NCBI GenBank assembly: GCA_051418035.1
Contig: JBPRGE010000058.1
Location: 11,135 to 75,134 of the forward strand
Origin: Candidatus Longimicrobiales bacterium M2_2A_002
GTDB lineage: Bacteria > Gemmatimonadota > Gemmatimonadetes > Longimicrobiales > RSA9
Length of the DNA: 64,000 nt
Direction of reading: 5' to 3'
Numbering within the stretch: the first letter of the stretch is position 1; each line of letters starts with the position of its first letter. Under the pieces are notes generated by a model. The model was not told where the DNA came from and did no database searches. It saw nothing but the letters and a program-made list of their open reading frames with translations. Position numbers and translations under genes: made by a program. Positions 16,788 through 27,061 of the stretch are shown here, one piece after another.

Positions 16788-17036
16788 TCACTCATCCTCG
16801 TCCTCCGACTCGATGTTCCCGCGTGCGCGGCTCAGTTCGTCCGCCCGGTCGGACCGGGCCTGCTTCTTCTGCTGCTCCAGCAGCTCCTGGGGCGTCGGCG
16901 GGCGGTCCGGCGTGGCCCCTGCGGGCTCGTCGGTCTCCCGGTCGGGGTCCGGGTCGTCCGGGTCCCGGCGGAACTTGTGGTCGGTGGTCCCGGCCTCTTC
17001 CTCGTCGATGTTGTGCTGGTCCGGTCGCTTGGTCAT
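16788..17036 (-). CDS. small acidic hypothetical protein
   Basis: ORF 16788..17078 with the start moved to ATG 17036 (MTKRPDQHNIDEEE...). High GC3. Low-complexity D/E/P-rich. Confidence 0.45.
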   Translation of the reverse strand: MTKRPDQHNIDEEEAGTTDHKFRRDPDDPDPDRETDEPAGATPDRPPTPQELLEQQKKQARSDRADELSRARGNIESEDEDE

Positions 17037-17179
17037 GCCTGGGTCTTCCCTGCTGCGAGTCGGGTGACGGGCGATCACGCATCATGATGTTCACGATCCG
17101 TGCCGGGAGCCGCCCGGTCGGGCCTCCAACTGGCTCGCCCGGTTGCCTTCCCCGCGGTTCCCCGCGACCGTTGCGCCCC

Positions 17180-19435
17180 ATGAGCCACCCACGACGCGCA
17201 CGCACGGCCCCGCTTCCCGCCCTGCCCCACGCCCGAGCCCTCGTCATCGGCGTGCTCCTGGGCTTCGGCCTGCCGTCCGCGCTCCGCGCCCAGGCCGGTG
17301 AGCGGGCGGACACGATCCCCCGGCCGGCCGACACCACGGCCATCCCCATCGCTCCGATCCGCGTCACCGTGCTCCGCACGCCGCTCCTCCTCTCCGAGAC
17401 CCCGTACGCGGTGACCGTGGAGCGGGTCGAGACTGCGGGCCCCGGGCTCACATTGGCCGGAGCGCTGGGCTCGGTCCCCGGGCTCCAGGTCGACAACCGA
17501 TACAACTTCAGTCAGGGTGATCGGATCAGCGTCCGGGGCTTCGGCGCCCGGGCCCAGTTCGGTGTCCGTGGCGTGAAGGTGCTGGTGGATGGGATCCCGG
17601 CCACGCTCCCGGACGGGCAGACGACGCTCAGTCACCTCGACCCCCGCTGGATCGAACGGGCGGAGGTGGTCCGGGGCCCGGCCTCCTCGCTCTGGGGGAA
17701 CGCCGCGGGCGGCGTGATCCAGCTGGAGACGGCGGCACCACCGCGCGTCGGGACGGAAGCCTCGGCGAGCGTGCTTGCCGGCTCCCACGGCCTGGTCCGG
17801 TACGGCGGCGAGGCGGGCTGGGCCGGGGGCGGCGGCGGCGAGTCCGCTTCCCGTGGGGCGGGTTCCCGCGACGGCGCCTTCGGCGTGCGGGCCGCCGCGA
17901 GCCGGCTCCTCTACGACGGCTTCCGGGACTACGCCACCGCCGACAAGCGGTTCGCCACGGCCCGCGCCCGGTGGACCGGCGCCCGGAGCGAGCTGAGCGT
18001 GGTCGCGCACGGCGTGGCCTACGAGGCCGACAACCCGGGCTCCCTCTCGGCCGAGCTGCTGGCGGAGGACCGTACGCAGGCCTACCCGTTCAACGTCCAG
18101 CAGCGCACGGGCGAGCAGGCGCGCCAGGCGCAGGTCGGCGTGACGTGGCGGCGCTCGCTCGGGGCCGCGGGCCGTGCGGCAGGGAGCGGGGCCGGGGGCG
18201 AACCCGCCCTGCCCGGAAGTGGGCCCGACCGGCCGGCCGACGCGTCGGGCGCGCAGCTGGAGCTCACCGCCTGGACACTGGCCCGGGACCTCGACAACCC
18301 GATCCCACCGGCGGTCATCGACCTCTCGCGCTGGGCGGCCGGCCTCCGGGCGGCGCTCCGGGGCGGCAGCACCGTCGCGGGCCGGCCCGTGGCATGGGTG
18401 GCCGGCGTGGACGTGGAGGGGCAGTGGGACGACCGGCTCAACTTCGAGAACGAGGCCGGTGCCCGTGGCGGACTGACCCTGGACCAGGGGGAGCGCGTGA
18501 CCAGCGTATCGCCGTTCGTCGAGGCATCGGCCCCGGTGGCGGGCCCCGTCTCGGTGCTGGCGGGCCTCCGGTACGACCGGCATCGGTTCGCAGTCGACGA
18601 TCGGCTGCTGACGGCCGGGGACCCCGCCACGGACGACTCGGGCTCCCGGGTGATGGACCAGGTCAGCCCGTCGGTCGGGATCACCGCCGAGCTGGGCGTC
18701 GTGAGCGTATACGGCAGTGTGGCGTCCTCGTTCGAGACGCCGACCACCACGGAGCTGGTGAACCGACCCGGCGGTGGCCAGGGGTTCAACCCGGAGCTCG
18801 AAGCGCAGCGGGCGTGGTCGCTGGAGGCGGGGCTGCGGACCCGTCTCGGGACTCGTGCCCGAGTGCACGTGGCCGCCTATCGGACCGCGATCCGCGACGC
18901 GCTGATCCCGTTCGAGGATTCGACCTCACCGGGCCGGACCTTCTTCCGGAACGCCGGCAGCGCGCTCCACAGGGGCGTGGAGCTCGACGGCTGGGCCGAC
19001 CTCGGGGCCGGACTGAGCGCCCGCCTCGGCTACGCGTGGACCGACGCCCGGTTCGACGACTTCGTCACCCCGGACGGCGACTTCTCCGGCAACCGCGTCC
19101 CCGGCGTCGCGCCCCACCGCGCCACCGGCTCGGTCACATGGAACGCCGCTGGACGCGGCCGGGTCGCGCTCGAGGGCCGCTGGGTCGATGCCGTACCGAC
19201 CGTCGACGCCAACACCGCCAGCGCCGGGTCGTACGGGCTGCTCGATCTGCGGGCCGCCACCCCGACGATACCGGTGGCCGGCGGCTCGGTCGCGCTCTAC
19301 GGCGGCATCGACAACGTGCTCGACACCGAGTACGTGGCGTCGGTGGTGGTCAACGCGTTCGGCGGCCGGTACTACGAGCCCGGGCCCGGGCGAGCGTTCT
19401 ATGCGGGCGTCCGGGTCGGCGGCGCCGACCGGTAG
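17180..19435 (+). CDS. TonB-dependent receptor
   Basis: ORF 16823..19435 with the start moved to ATG 17180. Signal peptide ...LGFGLPSALRAQA. Plug motifs DRISVRGFGARAQFGVRGVKVLVDGIPATLPDGQ and VVRGPASSLWGNAAGGVIQL. Confidence 0.85.
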   Translation: MSHPRRARTAPLPALPHARALVIGVLLGFGLPSALRAQAGERADTIPRPADTTAIPIAPIRVTVLRTPLLLSETPYAVTVERVETAGPGLTLAGALGSVPGLQVDNRYNFSQGDRISVRGFGARAQFGVRGVKVLVDGIPATLPDGQTTLSHLDPRWIERAEVVRGPASSLWGNAAGGVIQLETAAPPRVGTEASASVLAGSHGLVRYGGEAGWAGGGGGESASRGAGSRDGAFGVRAAASRLLYDGFRDYATADKRFATARARWTGARSELSVVAHGVAYEADNPGSLSAELLAEDRTQAYPFNVQQRTGEQARQAQVGVTWRRSLGAAGRAAGSGAGGEPALPGSGPDRPADASGAQLELTAWTLARDLDNPIPPAVIDLSRWAAGLRAALRGGSTVAGRPVAWVAGVDVEGQWDDRLNFENEAGARGGLTLDQGERVTSVSPFVEASAPVAGPVSVLAGLRYDRHRFAVDDRLLTAGDPATDDSGSRVMDQVSPSVGITAELGVVSVYGSVASSFETPTTTELVNRPGGGQGFNPELEAQRAWSLEAGLRTRLGTRARVHVAAYRTAIRDALIPFEDSTSPGRTFFRNAGSALHRGVELDGWADLGAGLSARLGYAWTDARFDDFVTPDGDFSGNRVPGVAPHRATGSVTWNAAGRGRVALEGRWVDAVPTVDANTASAGSYGLLDLRAATPTIPVAGGSVALYGGIDNVLDTEYVASVVVNAFGGRYYEPGPGRAFYAGVRVGGADR

Positions 19436-19453
19436 GCCGCCGGTCGCTGGCGC

Positions 19454-22423
19454 CTAGAACCCGGTCCCCAGGTAGAGCACCGGTCCGCTCCCGCCCTGCA
19501 GGCGCTGGGCGAGCCCCACCGCCAGCCGGGCCCGGCTGCTGTGGAATATGCCCAGGTCGAACTTGAGCTCCGCGCCCGCGGAGACGAGGGGGGCCGCGTC
19601 GGCGGGCCGACAACCGGACAGCACGTCCCGGTCACGGTCGGCTTCGGTGCACCAGGCGTTGCCCGCGTCCGCGAACAGCGCGCCGGAGATGGACACGAGC
19701 GAGAAGCCGAGGACGCGGCCGGGCGCATTCCGCATGTGGATCGGGAACCGCCACTCGGCGCTGGCGCTCCACCCGCGGGTCCCCCACCGGTCGCCCTCGC
19801 TGAAGCCGCGGACCGGCAGCTCGCTCCCATCGGCACTGCTGACGAGGACCTCCACCTCGCCCGTCCCGCCGATCGACCGGACCGGCGCCCGGTCACCCTC
19901 CCGCACGTAGCCGGCGCCGTGCGCCGCGAGCACGTGGTTCGCGAACCCCCAGAGCGGGATGGCGAGGTAGCCGGTGAGGCTGCCCTCGAGCTCGTCGTAT
20001 TCGAGACGGCCGGAATCGACGTCCCACCACCGGCCCACACCCAGCCCGAGGCCGATCCCGTCCTCCGGGCTGATGGAGAACGGATGGGTGCGGGCGGTGC
20101 CGAGCCCGGGCGAGACCGAGACGCCGGCCAGCGTCCGGGCCCTCCAGAGCTGGATCCCGCCGGCCGCCAGCTCTGTCCGCGTCAGCTCCCGGCCCTCCAG
20201 TGCACGGTGCTCCACCTCCCCGGCGACCTGGAGCGCCGTCGTGCTCCGCCACCGGGGGCGCCGGAACAGCACGCCCGCCTGCAGCTCGTCCTCCCGCAGC
20301 AGGACCGTCGCTTCCACGCCGTCGGTGGTCGTGGTCGTCCCGTAGACTGCCCAATCCCGGTCCGCGGCCAGGAAGAGGTCGGCGCTCCCGAGGCCGCGGT
20401 AGACCCAGGACCCGCTCCCCTGCAGCCGACCCGTGTCGATATCGACGGCCCCGGCCAGCAGCCAGCTGTGCCGCCCGACCACGTCGGTCCCGCTCAGGGC
20501 CGCGCCCAGGAACCGCAGTCCGGTCCCGGTGGTGCTGCCCACCGCCTCCCAGGTGGGGAGCCAGTAGTAGGGCCGGAGCGTCGGCCACGGGGAGTACGGC
20601 CTCGCCGCACCGTCGGCGGGCGCGGGCGGGTCCGGCGCCGGAAGGACGGCATCACCGTACCGGTCGGTGGGGGGCGGCGCGTCGCGCCAGGCCGTGGGGT
20701 CGAACGGCAGCGACTCGATCCGCCAGCCGTCGGCGTGGTAGGCCGCCAGGTAGAGCGTCCGGCCGTCGGGGCTCACCTCCGGGTCGACCACACCCGTGAT
20801 CACGCTGGTGACCTGTCGCACCGGACCGACCGGCCGGCCGGCGACCATCTCCACAGCCATGATGTTCGGGATCCCGGTCCGATCGGACCACCAGAGCAGC
20901 CACCGGCCGTCGGGGCTCCACGCCGGCGCCAGGTCCAGCGCCGTGTCATCGGTCACCCGCGTCACGGCACCCGTCTCCGTATCGATCACCACCAGGTCGG
21001 CGCGCCCGTCCGCGTGCCGGCCGGCGGCGACATGGCGGCCGTCGGGGCTCCACCGCGGCCGATCGAACGCCTCGCCCGGCCGGGCCTCCGCGATCACCCG
21101 GGCCTCGCCGTCACGCATGTCGTACAGCACCAGCCGCATCCCCGCCCGGTGGTCCTGGACCGCCGCGACCCGTCGGCTGTCGGACGCCACGTCCGGCTGG
21201 GCCAGGCGCAGCCCTTCCGTCAGGCGGGTCTCGGCCCCGTCCATGTCCACGCGCCAGAGGTCGCTGAAGAGCCGGTACCGCCCGTCATACTCCAGCTGAG
21301 CCACCACCACGCCCGACCCGTCCGGCAGCCAGCTCGCCGGGTCGAGGATCATTCCGAACTGGTTCCGCTCCGCCAGCCGCCGGACCCTCCCCGTGCCGAG
21401 GTCGACGATCCGCGTTGCGGGGTTCGACCGCCAGCTGCTGGCGGCGAACGTCAGCGCGTCGCCGTCGGGCGAGACCCGTGGCGCCAGCGCGTACGGCCCG
21501 CGGCCCGCCACCGGGCGCGTCGCCGTGATCCCGGCCGCCCGCACCTCCTGCTCGGTCGCGCGGGCCGAGTCCGTGGCCCCCGCCCGCCACTCGGCGTAGA
21601 GCGCGTCGAACGGGCGGCCGAGGGCGCTCTCGGCCACATGGTCGAAGCGGAGGAAGGTCGGCCAGACGGAGCCGGCCGTTGCGTCGATGAGCGCCCGGTG
21701 GCTCCCGGCGCCATACCGCTCGGCGATCCAGGCCATGAAGTGGCCGCCGTAGATGTACGCGCGGTTGCCGGCCGGCCACACGGGGCTGGGAGCGCTGAGC
21801 TCGTCGAGGGACGGGAAGGCGTCCTCGAGCGCAGCCGTCCGGATGATCACGTCGTGGATCGAGCTCCGGACCCGGCCGGCGCCCGTGAGGCGGGTCTCGT
21901 AATGGGTGGCCAGCCCCTCGGTGTTCCAGGACGGGCTGCCCAGCACCGGGTGGACGGGCCAGAAGACGGGGAGCCGACCGAACACGGCCCGGACGGCGCT
22001 CCCCAGCCGGCCGGACTGCTCCATGTGGAAGATGTGGACCAGCTCGTGGGCCACCACCAGCTCCATCCAGCTGCGGGCGAAGAACTCCCCGGCGGCCGCG
22101 GGACGGGCGAAGAGGAGGACCCGAGGGGACGGGAACGGCCCTGCGAGTCCGTTGGAGTAGTCGGCGTGGTCCGTGACGACGAGGTCGATGACCTCCCGTG
22201 GCGGCTCCGCCAGCTCCCGGCTCAGCACCCGGTGGGTGCGCTCCGCCACGGCGGCCGCCTGCCGGGCCATCGGCTCGAGGCGCTCCAGGAAGGTGACCCG
22301 GAAGTGCTCGGTCCGGAACGTCCGCCAGTCGCCATCGGGTGGCGGCGCCTGGGCCGTCACCGGCGCGGCCGCCATGGCGATGCCGACGAGCAGGAGGAGC
22401 CGGGGCCCGAGGATCCGAGTCAC
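19454..22423 (-). CDS. large secreted protein: zincin-like HExxH region + PD40/TolB-like beta-propeller repeats + C-terminal beta-barrel-like region
   Basis: 989 aa. Signal peptide LLLLVGIAMAAAPVTAQA. HExxH motif in VVAHELVHIFH. Repeated SPDGxxL/PDGRxLxxxSDR motifs (WSPDGRHVAAG, WSPDGRWLLWWSDRTG, SPDGRTLYLAA). The C-terminal ~350 aa alternate in beta-strand style and end ...LYLGTGF (terminal Phe). Confidence 0.8.
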   Translation of the reverse strand: MTRILGPRLLLLVGIAMAAAPVTAQAPPPDGDWRTFRTEHFRVTFLERLEPMARQAAAVAERTHRVLSRELAEPPREVIDLVVTDHADYSNGLAGPFPSPRVLLFARPAAAGEFFARSWMELVVAHELVHIFHMEQSGRLGSAVRAVFGRLPVFWPVHPVLGSPSWNTEGLATHYETRLTGAGRVRSSIHDVIIRTAALEDAFPSLDELSAPSPVWPAGNRAYIYGGHFMAWIAERYGAGSHRALIDATAGSVWPTFLRFDHVAESALGRPFDALYAEWRAGATDSARATEQEVRAAGITATRPVAGRGPYALAPRVSPDGDALTFAASSWRSNPATRIVDLGTGRVRRLAERNQFGMILDPASWLPDGSGVVVAQLEYDGRYRLFSDLWRVDMDGAETRLTEGLRLAQPDVASDSRRVAAVQDHRAGMRLVLYDMRDGEARVIAEARPGEAFDRPRWSPDGRHVAAGRHADGRADLVVIDTETGAVTRVTDDTALDLAPAWSPDGRWLLWWSDRTGIPNIMAVEMVAGRPVGPVRQVTSVITGVVDPEVSPDGRTLYLAAYHADGWRIESLPFDPTAWRDAPPPTDRYGDAVLPAPDPPAPADGAARPYSPWPTLRPYYWLPTWEAVGSTTGTGLRFLGAALSGTDVVGRHSWLLAGAVDIDTGRLQGSGSWVYRGLGSADLFLAADRDWAVYGTTTTTDGVEATVLLREDELQAGVLFRRPRWRSTTALQVAGEVEHRALEGRELTRTELAAGGIQLWRARTLAGVSVSPGLGTARTHPFSISPEDGIGLGLGVGRWWDVDSGRLEYDELEGSLTGYLAIPLWGFANHVLAAHGAGYVREGDRAPVRSIGGTGEVEVLVSSADGSELPVRGFSEGDRWGTRGWSASAEWRFPIHMRNAPGRVLGFSLVSISGALFADAGNAWCTEADRDRDVLSGCRPADAAPLVSAGAELKFDLGIFHSSRARLAVGLAQRLQGGSGPVLYLGTGF

Positions 22424-22436
22424 GTCCCCATCCCCG

Positions 22437-24470
22437 TCAGCGGTCCTGACGGGCCAGCTCCCGGAGCCACGCCTCGAGCCCCCGGACGTGGGCCATCGCC
22501 ACGCGCCGACGGCCGGCCTCGGTCTTCAGGAAGGCCTCGTGCTCCGGGATCATCATGAACAGCGTTTCCGTCAGGACCGACGGGGCCCACGTGAACCGGG
22601 GCTGGTGGAGGTCCGCCCGGCCGACGCCCAGGTCACGGGTCTCCAGCGTCGCCAGCAGCGCCCGCTGGATCGACCACGCCAGCCCGGCGGCCCGGGGGTG
22701 GTTGTAGTACACGCTGGTCCCGCTGTTCGACCACGGCTCCACGCCGTCGGGGAACGCGTTGTTGTGGACACTGATCCAGACGTCCACGTCCCGACGCCGG
22801 GCCAGCTCCGTCCGCTCCACCAGCGAGGTCCCGGCATTCGACGTCCGGGTCATGACGACCCGTGCACCCCGGTCCCGGAGCGCGTCCCGGAGCGCCAGCG
22901 CGACGCCGAGGTTCGCGTCGGCCTCCGTCAGCCCCGTCGGCCCCATGGTCAGTGTGTCGGCGCCGCCGTGACCGGGGTCCACGCCGATGGTCAGACCCCG
23001 CAGCGGCGCCTCCGGGTCGATGGCCGGCGGGCGGTTCAGCCGGAGCACCAGGTCGCCCCCGGACCAGAGCGTCTCATGGCCCCACACGGGCCCACCCAGC
23101 CGGATCTCGAGCCGGAACTCCCGATCCGACGGCTGGCGCCACTCCGCCCGCTCGATGTACGGATCGACGCGGCCATGCTGCAGGAAGTTGACCCGGCTCA
23201 CCGCGCCGTAGACGACGAGGGTCACCGATCGCTCGTCCTCCTCCACCCGGTATGGCAGCCGCCGGTGCAGCGGCACCCGGATGTCCACCCGATCGGGCTG
23301 CGGGTCGAGCCGGACCACCGGGACGCGGGACGCGGGCGGTGGCGTCCCGTCGGCCCGGAGCCGGACATCCGAGGCCGGCGTCCACGCGCTCAGATCGTCG
23401 GTCAGCCGGACCCGGTAGGCACCGTTCCGCTCCCCCGTGAACTCCAGCTCCACCCCGTTGGCCCAGACATAGTGGTACGGGCCGCTGCCGGGGCCCGGCC
23501 GGCCGATCACCCGCCCATCGCCGTTCCGCGCGGCCGGGTCCAGATCGAGCCCGACCCCGACCCGCGGACGCGTCGGGTCCGCCGGCAGCAGGTTCAGCGG
23601 GAGCGGCTTTCGCACGGTGTCGCCGAGGGCGTGGAGCACCACCGCTGCGTCGGCGTCGGGCCACGGGAGCCGGGGCTCCCCGGTGAGCGTCGGCCACGGC
23701 ACGGTCGCATCGGTGCTGACGATCCGGCGGGCGGCGAACACCCCGCGATACAGGTCGAGCCCCTGCTCCTCGGACCCGACCGACTCGTCGGAGTCGGACC
23801 CCCCACCCTCGCGAACCGGCCGGACCTCGAACTCGGTGACGCCCTCCGTGGGCGGGGCCATGGCCGTCAGCGGGATCCGCTCGTCGCCCAGCTCCAGCCA
23901 CGCCTCGCCGCCGGCCGTGCCCGTGAACCCGACCTCGATCCGCTCCCCCGGAAGGGCGACCCACCCGCCCGCGGGGAAGATCGAGCCGTCCACGATCAGC
24001 GCCCGGGTACCGGGCTCCGGCGGCGGCGGCGGGAGCCGGACCGGGACCTCCAGCGTCTGCGACTCCCGCCCCAGGACCGCGCGCAGCCGGTAGACACCGC
24101 TCTCCGGCACCGGGAGGAACGCCAGGAACCCGCCGTTGGGCGCCACGTCCACCTCCTCCCCGTTGATCCAGACCCGGGCCGCCCCGCTCCCCGCCGACCC
24201 GAAGATGAAGTTCCGGTCCCGGGTCTCGATGGCCAGGGAGTCACGGGGGTAGGAGACGCGCAGGTCCAGGGGCCCATCCACGGCCGGGACCGGCGGCAGC
24301 CCCCGTGGCAGGTCCGGTCTCTCCGGGGGCGGCGTCCCCGCGCACGCCGCGACCGCGCCGGCCAGGATCAGCGCCGTCAGGCCGCGGTACCCGTACACCC
24401 GGGCGGGACGGGCGCGGCGATCCCGGCTCGTCCGCTCGTGGAGTCGGGTCCCGGACTCGGCTCGGCTCAT
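22437..24470 (-). CDS. N-acetylmuramoyl-L-alanine amidase (Amidase_3) lipoprotein with long N-terminal extension
   Basis: ORF 22437..24629 with the start moved to ATG 24470. Lipobox LILAGAVAAC. C-terminal domain has IGVDPGHGG...DVWISVHNNA...LTETLFM. Confidence 0.8.
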   Translation of the reverse strand: MSRAESGTRLHERTSRDRRARPARVYGYRGLTALILAGAVAACAGTPPPERPDLPRGLPPVPAVDGPLDLRVSYPRDSLAIETRDRNFIFGSAGSGAARVWINGEEVDVAPNGGFLAFLPVPESGVYRLRAVLGRESQTLEVPVRLPPPPPEPGTRALIVDGSIFPAGGWVALPGERIEVGFTGTAGGEAWLELGDERIPLTAMAPPTEGVTEFEVRPVREGGGSDSDESVGSEEQGLDLYRGVFAARRIVSTDATVPWPTLTGEPRLPWPDADAAVVLHALGDTVRKPLPLNLLPADPTRPRVGVGLDLDPAARNGDGRVIGRPGPGSGPYHYVWANGVELEFTGERNGAYRVRLTDDLSAWTPASDVRLRADGTPPPASRVPVVRLDPQPDRVDIRVPLHRRLPYRVEEDERSVTLVVYGAVSRVNFLQHGRVDPYIERAEWRQPSDREFRLEIRLGGPVWGHETLWSGGDLVLRLNRPPAIDPEAPLRGLTIGVDPGHGGADTLTMGPTGLTEADANLGVALALRDALRDRGARVVMTRTSNAGTSLVERTELARRRDVDVWISVHNNAFPDGVEPWSNSGTSVYYNHPRAAGLAWSIQRALLATLETRDLGVGRADLHQPRFTWAPSVLTETLFMMIPEHEAFLKTEAGRRRVAMAHVRGLEAWLRELARQDR

Positions 24471-24510
24471 CTCTCGGCTCTCGTGTAGGTGTTGCTCAAC
24501 TCTGCGCGCA

Positions 24511-26286
24511 TCATCCCGTGGCCGGCACCCGGTCCCGGAGCCGCCGCAGCCAGAGGTAGCCGACAGCCGCGGCGGCCCCGTTGGCGACGGCCACACCGGG
24601 CCGGAGCAGCACGGCCCCGCCCACGGCAAACATGAGACCGAACAGGACCAGGAGTCCAGCGGCCACCCGCCGCAGGTCCCGGCCCAGGTCCTGGGCGGGG
24701 GTGAGCCCCGTCCGGGCCCGCTGCCGGACCCAGCCGGGGCCGCCGGGCCGGACCCGGCGGTAGAAGCCGTCCAGCGTCGCGTCGCTCTCCGGCCGGGTCA
24801 GGAGCATGACCGGGACCCACACCGCCAGCGTGATCCCGGCGGTGACCACGAGCCGGAGCCCGAAGTCGTCGATCCGGAGCGTGTAGACCGGGTTGTCCAG
24901 CGACGTGAGCGCGCCGACCACGAACCCGGCGACCATCGCCGACAGCTCGGCCCAGGCGTTGATCCGCCACCAGTACCAGCGGAGGATCAGCACCAGCCCC
25001 GGCCCTGTGCCGACGGCCAGGATCAGCCGGTAGACCGTGGTCACACTGTCGGCGTAGAACGCGGCGGTGGCGCCGAGCACGGTGACCAGCACCGACGCCA
25101 TCCGGGCGAACCAGACCAGCTCGCGATCGTCCGCCTCCGGCCGGACGAACCGTGCGTACAGGTCGTTGGTGATATAGCTGGCGGCCCAGTTGATGGCCGT
25201 CGAGACGGTCGACATGAATGCGGCCACCAGCGAGGCCACCACGAGCCCCAGGATCCCGGCGGGGAGGAAGTCGAGCATGAGACGGGGGTAGCCCAGCTCC
25301 GGGTCGTCCAGATCGGGGTAGACCACCAGCGCCACCACCGCCACCACGACCCACGGCCATGTACGGACGACGTAGTTCATGATGTTGAAGAACCAGGCCG
25401 CCTTCTCGGCGTCCGCCTCCGTTCGGACCGCCGACAGCCGCTGGATGAACTCGCCACCGCCATCGCTGCGCCGGAACGCCCACCAGAGGATCGCCACGTA
25501 GCTGAAGAAGGTGAGGGCGCTGATCCCGGCCGCCTTCGACCAGCCGATCAGCGACTCGCCCCCGAACTCGAGCGGCGTGAAGCCGAGCACGTCGAAGTCG
25601 GTCAGTCGCTGTGCGCCCGCCACCACCTCGCCCATCCCGCCGACGTGCGCCACGGCCACCACCGCCACGACAATGGCGCCCGCGAGCCCCAGGAAGAACT
25701 GGAAGAAGTCGGTGGCGACCACGCCCCAGAGGCCGGCGATCCCGGCGTAGAGGAGCACGAAGACCGCCACGCCGATCACGGTCCACAGCTTGGCGGCGGC
25801 GCCGAGCTCCAGCCCCAGCGACGGGAAGACGCCCAGCGCGTCCACCACCTTCACCATCGCCAGCATGGCGTAGCCGATCCCGATGGGACCGATCACGACC
25901 GCGAAGAGGAACCCCTTGGCCGCCCGGAGCACCGCCGCGGGCCGGCCACCGTACCGGATCTCCGTGAGCTCGTTGTCGGTGACGATCTCCGCCCGACGCC
26001 ACAGTCGGGCGAAGACGTAGATCAGGATCACGTGGGCGATGGCGTACCCCCACCACTCCCAGTTCCCGGCGATCCCCCGGGTGCCCACCACCCCCGCCAC
26101 GTAGAGCGGTGTGTCGATGGAGAACGTGGTCGCCGCCATGGACGTCCCGGCCAGCCACCACGGGAGCGTCCGCCCCCCCACGAAGAAGTCGACCATACTC
26201 CCGCTGGCGCGCCGGGCGAGGTAGATGCCGAGCGCCAGCGTCACCAGCATGTAGCCGCCGACGATCGCGAAGTCTAGAGGGCTCAC
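24511..26286 (-). CDS. sodium:solute symporter (SSF) family transporter
   Basis: 591 aa, ~13 TM. N-terminus DFFVGGRTLPWWLAGTSMAATTFS is typical of SSF. GTG start. Confidence 0.85.
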   Translation of the reverse strand: MSPLDFAIVGGYMLVTLALGIYLARRASGSMVDFFVGGRTLPWWLAGTSMAATTFSIDTPLYVAGVVGTRGIAGNWEWWGYAIAHVILIYVFARLWRRAEIVTDNELTEIRYGGRPAAVLRAAKGFLFAVVIGPIGIGYAMLAMVKVVDALGVFPSLGLELGAAAKLWTVIGVAVFVLLYAGIAGLWGVVATDFFQFFLGLAGAIVVAVVAVAHVGGMGEVVAGAQRLTDFDVLGFTPLEFGGESLIGWSKAAGISALTFFSYVAILWWAFRRSDGGGEFIQRLSAVRTEADAEKAAWFFNIMNYVVRTWPWVVVAVVALVVYPDLDDPELGYPRLMLDFLPAGILGLVVASLVAAFMSTVSTAINWAASYITNDLYARFVRPEADDRELVWFARMASVLVTVLGATAAFYADSVTTVYRLILAVGTGPGLVLILRWYWWRINAWAELSAMVAGFVVGALTSLDNPVYTLRIDDFGLRLVVTAGITLAVWVPVMLLTRPESDATLDGFYRRVRPGGPGWVRQRARTGLTPAQDLGRDLRRVAAGLLVLFGLMFAVGGAVLLRPGVAVANGAAAAVGYLWLRRLRDRVPATG

Positions 26287-26377
26287 GGGGCGACCTCAGG
26301 CACGGCGGTTGCACCCGTTGGGGCCGGGCGTCAGGATACCGAACCAAACGGAACACTGAGGCAGGCGGGGAGGCATT

Positions 26378-27055
26378 GTGATAGGCGACCTGTTCTATCG
26401 GCTGGGTACGGTGGCGGGGACGGGGCTCGGCGTGATCCGGAGCCGGATCCCGCCCGTCGACGACGGTGCCGGCCCCGCCGGCTCCGACCCGGATGATACC
26501 GGTGGCGCCGCCGAGGACGAAAGCGGCGGGGGCCCGGAGGACGGCGACTTCCTGGTCGATTCCATCCTCGGCGGCGCCGCCGCCTGGGTGGTGAAGACGG
26601 CGCTCCGGCCGAAGTCCGTCTCCTGGCCGCGGGTCGTGGTGGCGGGGATCGGCGCCACCGTCCTCGCGGACCTGGCGGCGCGCACGCTGGGCTCCGACTC
26701 CGACGACCGCAGCCGGCCGTACGGCGAGGACCCGGACGCGCTGCTGGTCCGCCTCGGGTCCGGGATCGCCATGGCCGCAGGATACGCCGCGCTCCTGTAC
26801 CCCCGCCTCCCGGGCTCGCCGATGACGAAGGGCCTGATCTTCGGAGCCATGGAGGTCGCCGCAGCGCCCCACGGCGGGCTCGTCCGGGTCGCCACCGACA
26901 CGCCGGGCCTCAAGTTCCCGCTCAAGGACCTGGCCGTCCCCATCGACGACGACGCCGGCCCGCTGGCCAATGTGGCCTTCGGCGTGGGGCTCGGGCTCCT
27001 GTACCGCCCGCCGCTGCACGACGACAGCCACGACCACGAGGACCAGGACGAATAG
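26378..27055 (+). CDS. hypothetical membrane-associated protein
   Basis: 225 aa, GTG start, high GC3. The overlapping antisense ORF 26395..27081 is S/P/R-rich and implausible. Confidence 0.5.
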   Translation: MIGDLFYRLGTVAGTGLGVIRSRIPPVDDGAGPAGSDPDDTGGAAEDESGGGPEDGDFLVDSILGGAAAWVVKTALRPKSVSWPRVVVAGIGATVLADLAARTLGSDSDDRSRPYGEDPDALLVRLGSGIAMAAGYAALLYPRLPGSPMTKGLIFGAMEVAAAPHGGLVRVATDTPGLKFPLKDLAVPIDDDAGPLANVAFGVGLGLLYRPPLHDDSHDHEDQDE

Positions 27056-27061
27056 CGCACC

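Noticed and set aside
17037-17179. A possible riboswitch (for example cobalamin) upstream of the TonB-dependent receptor.
   Set aside because: No conserved riboswitch core motifs are recognisable. The region is short and is shared with a divergent gene.
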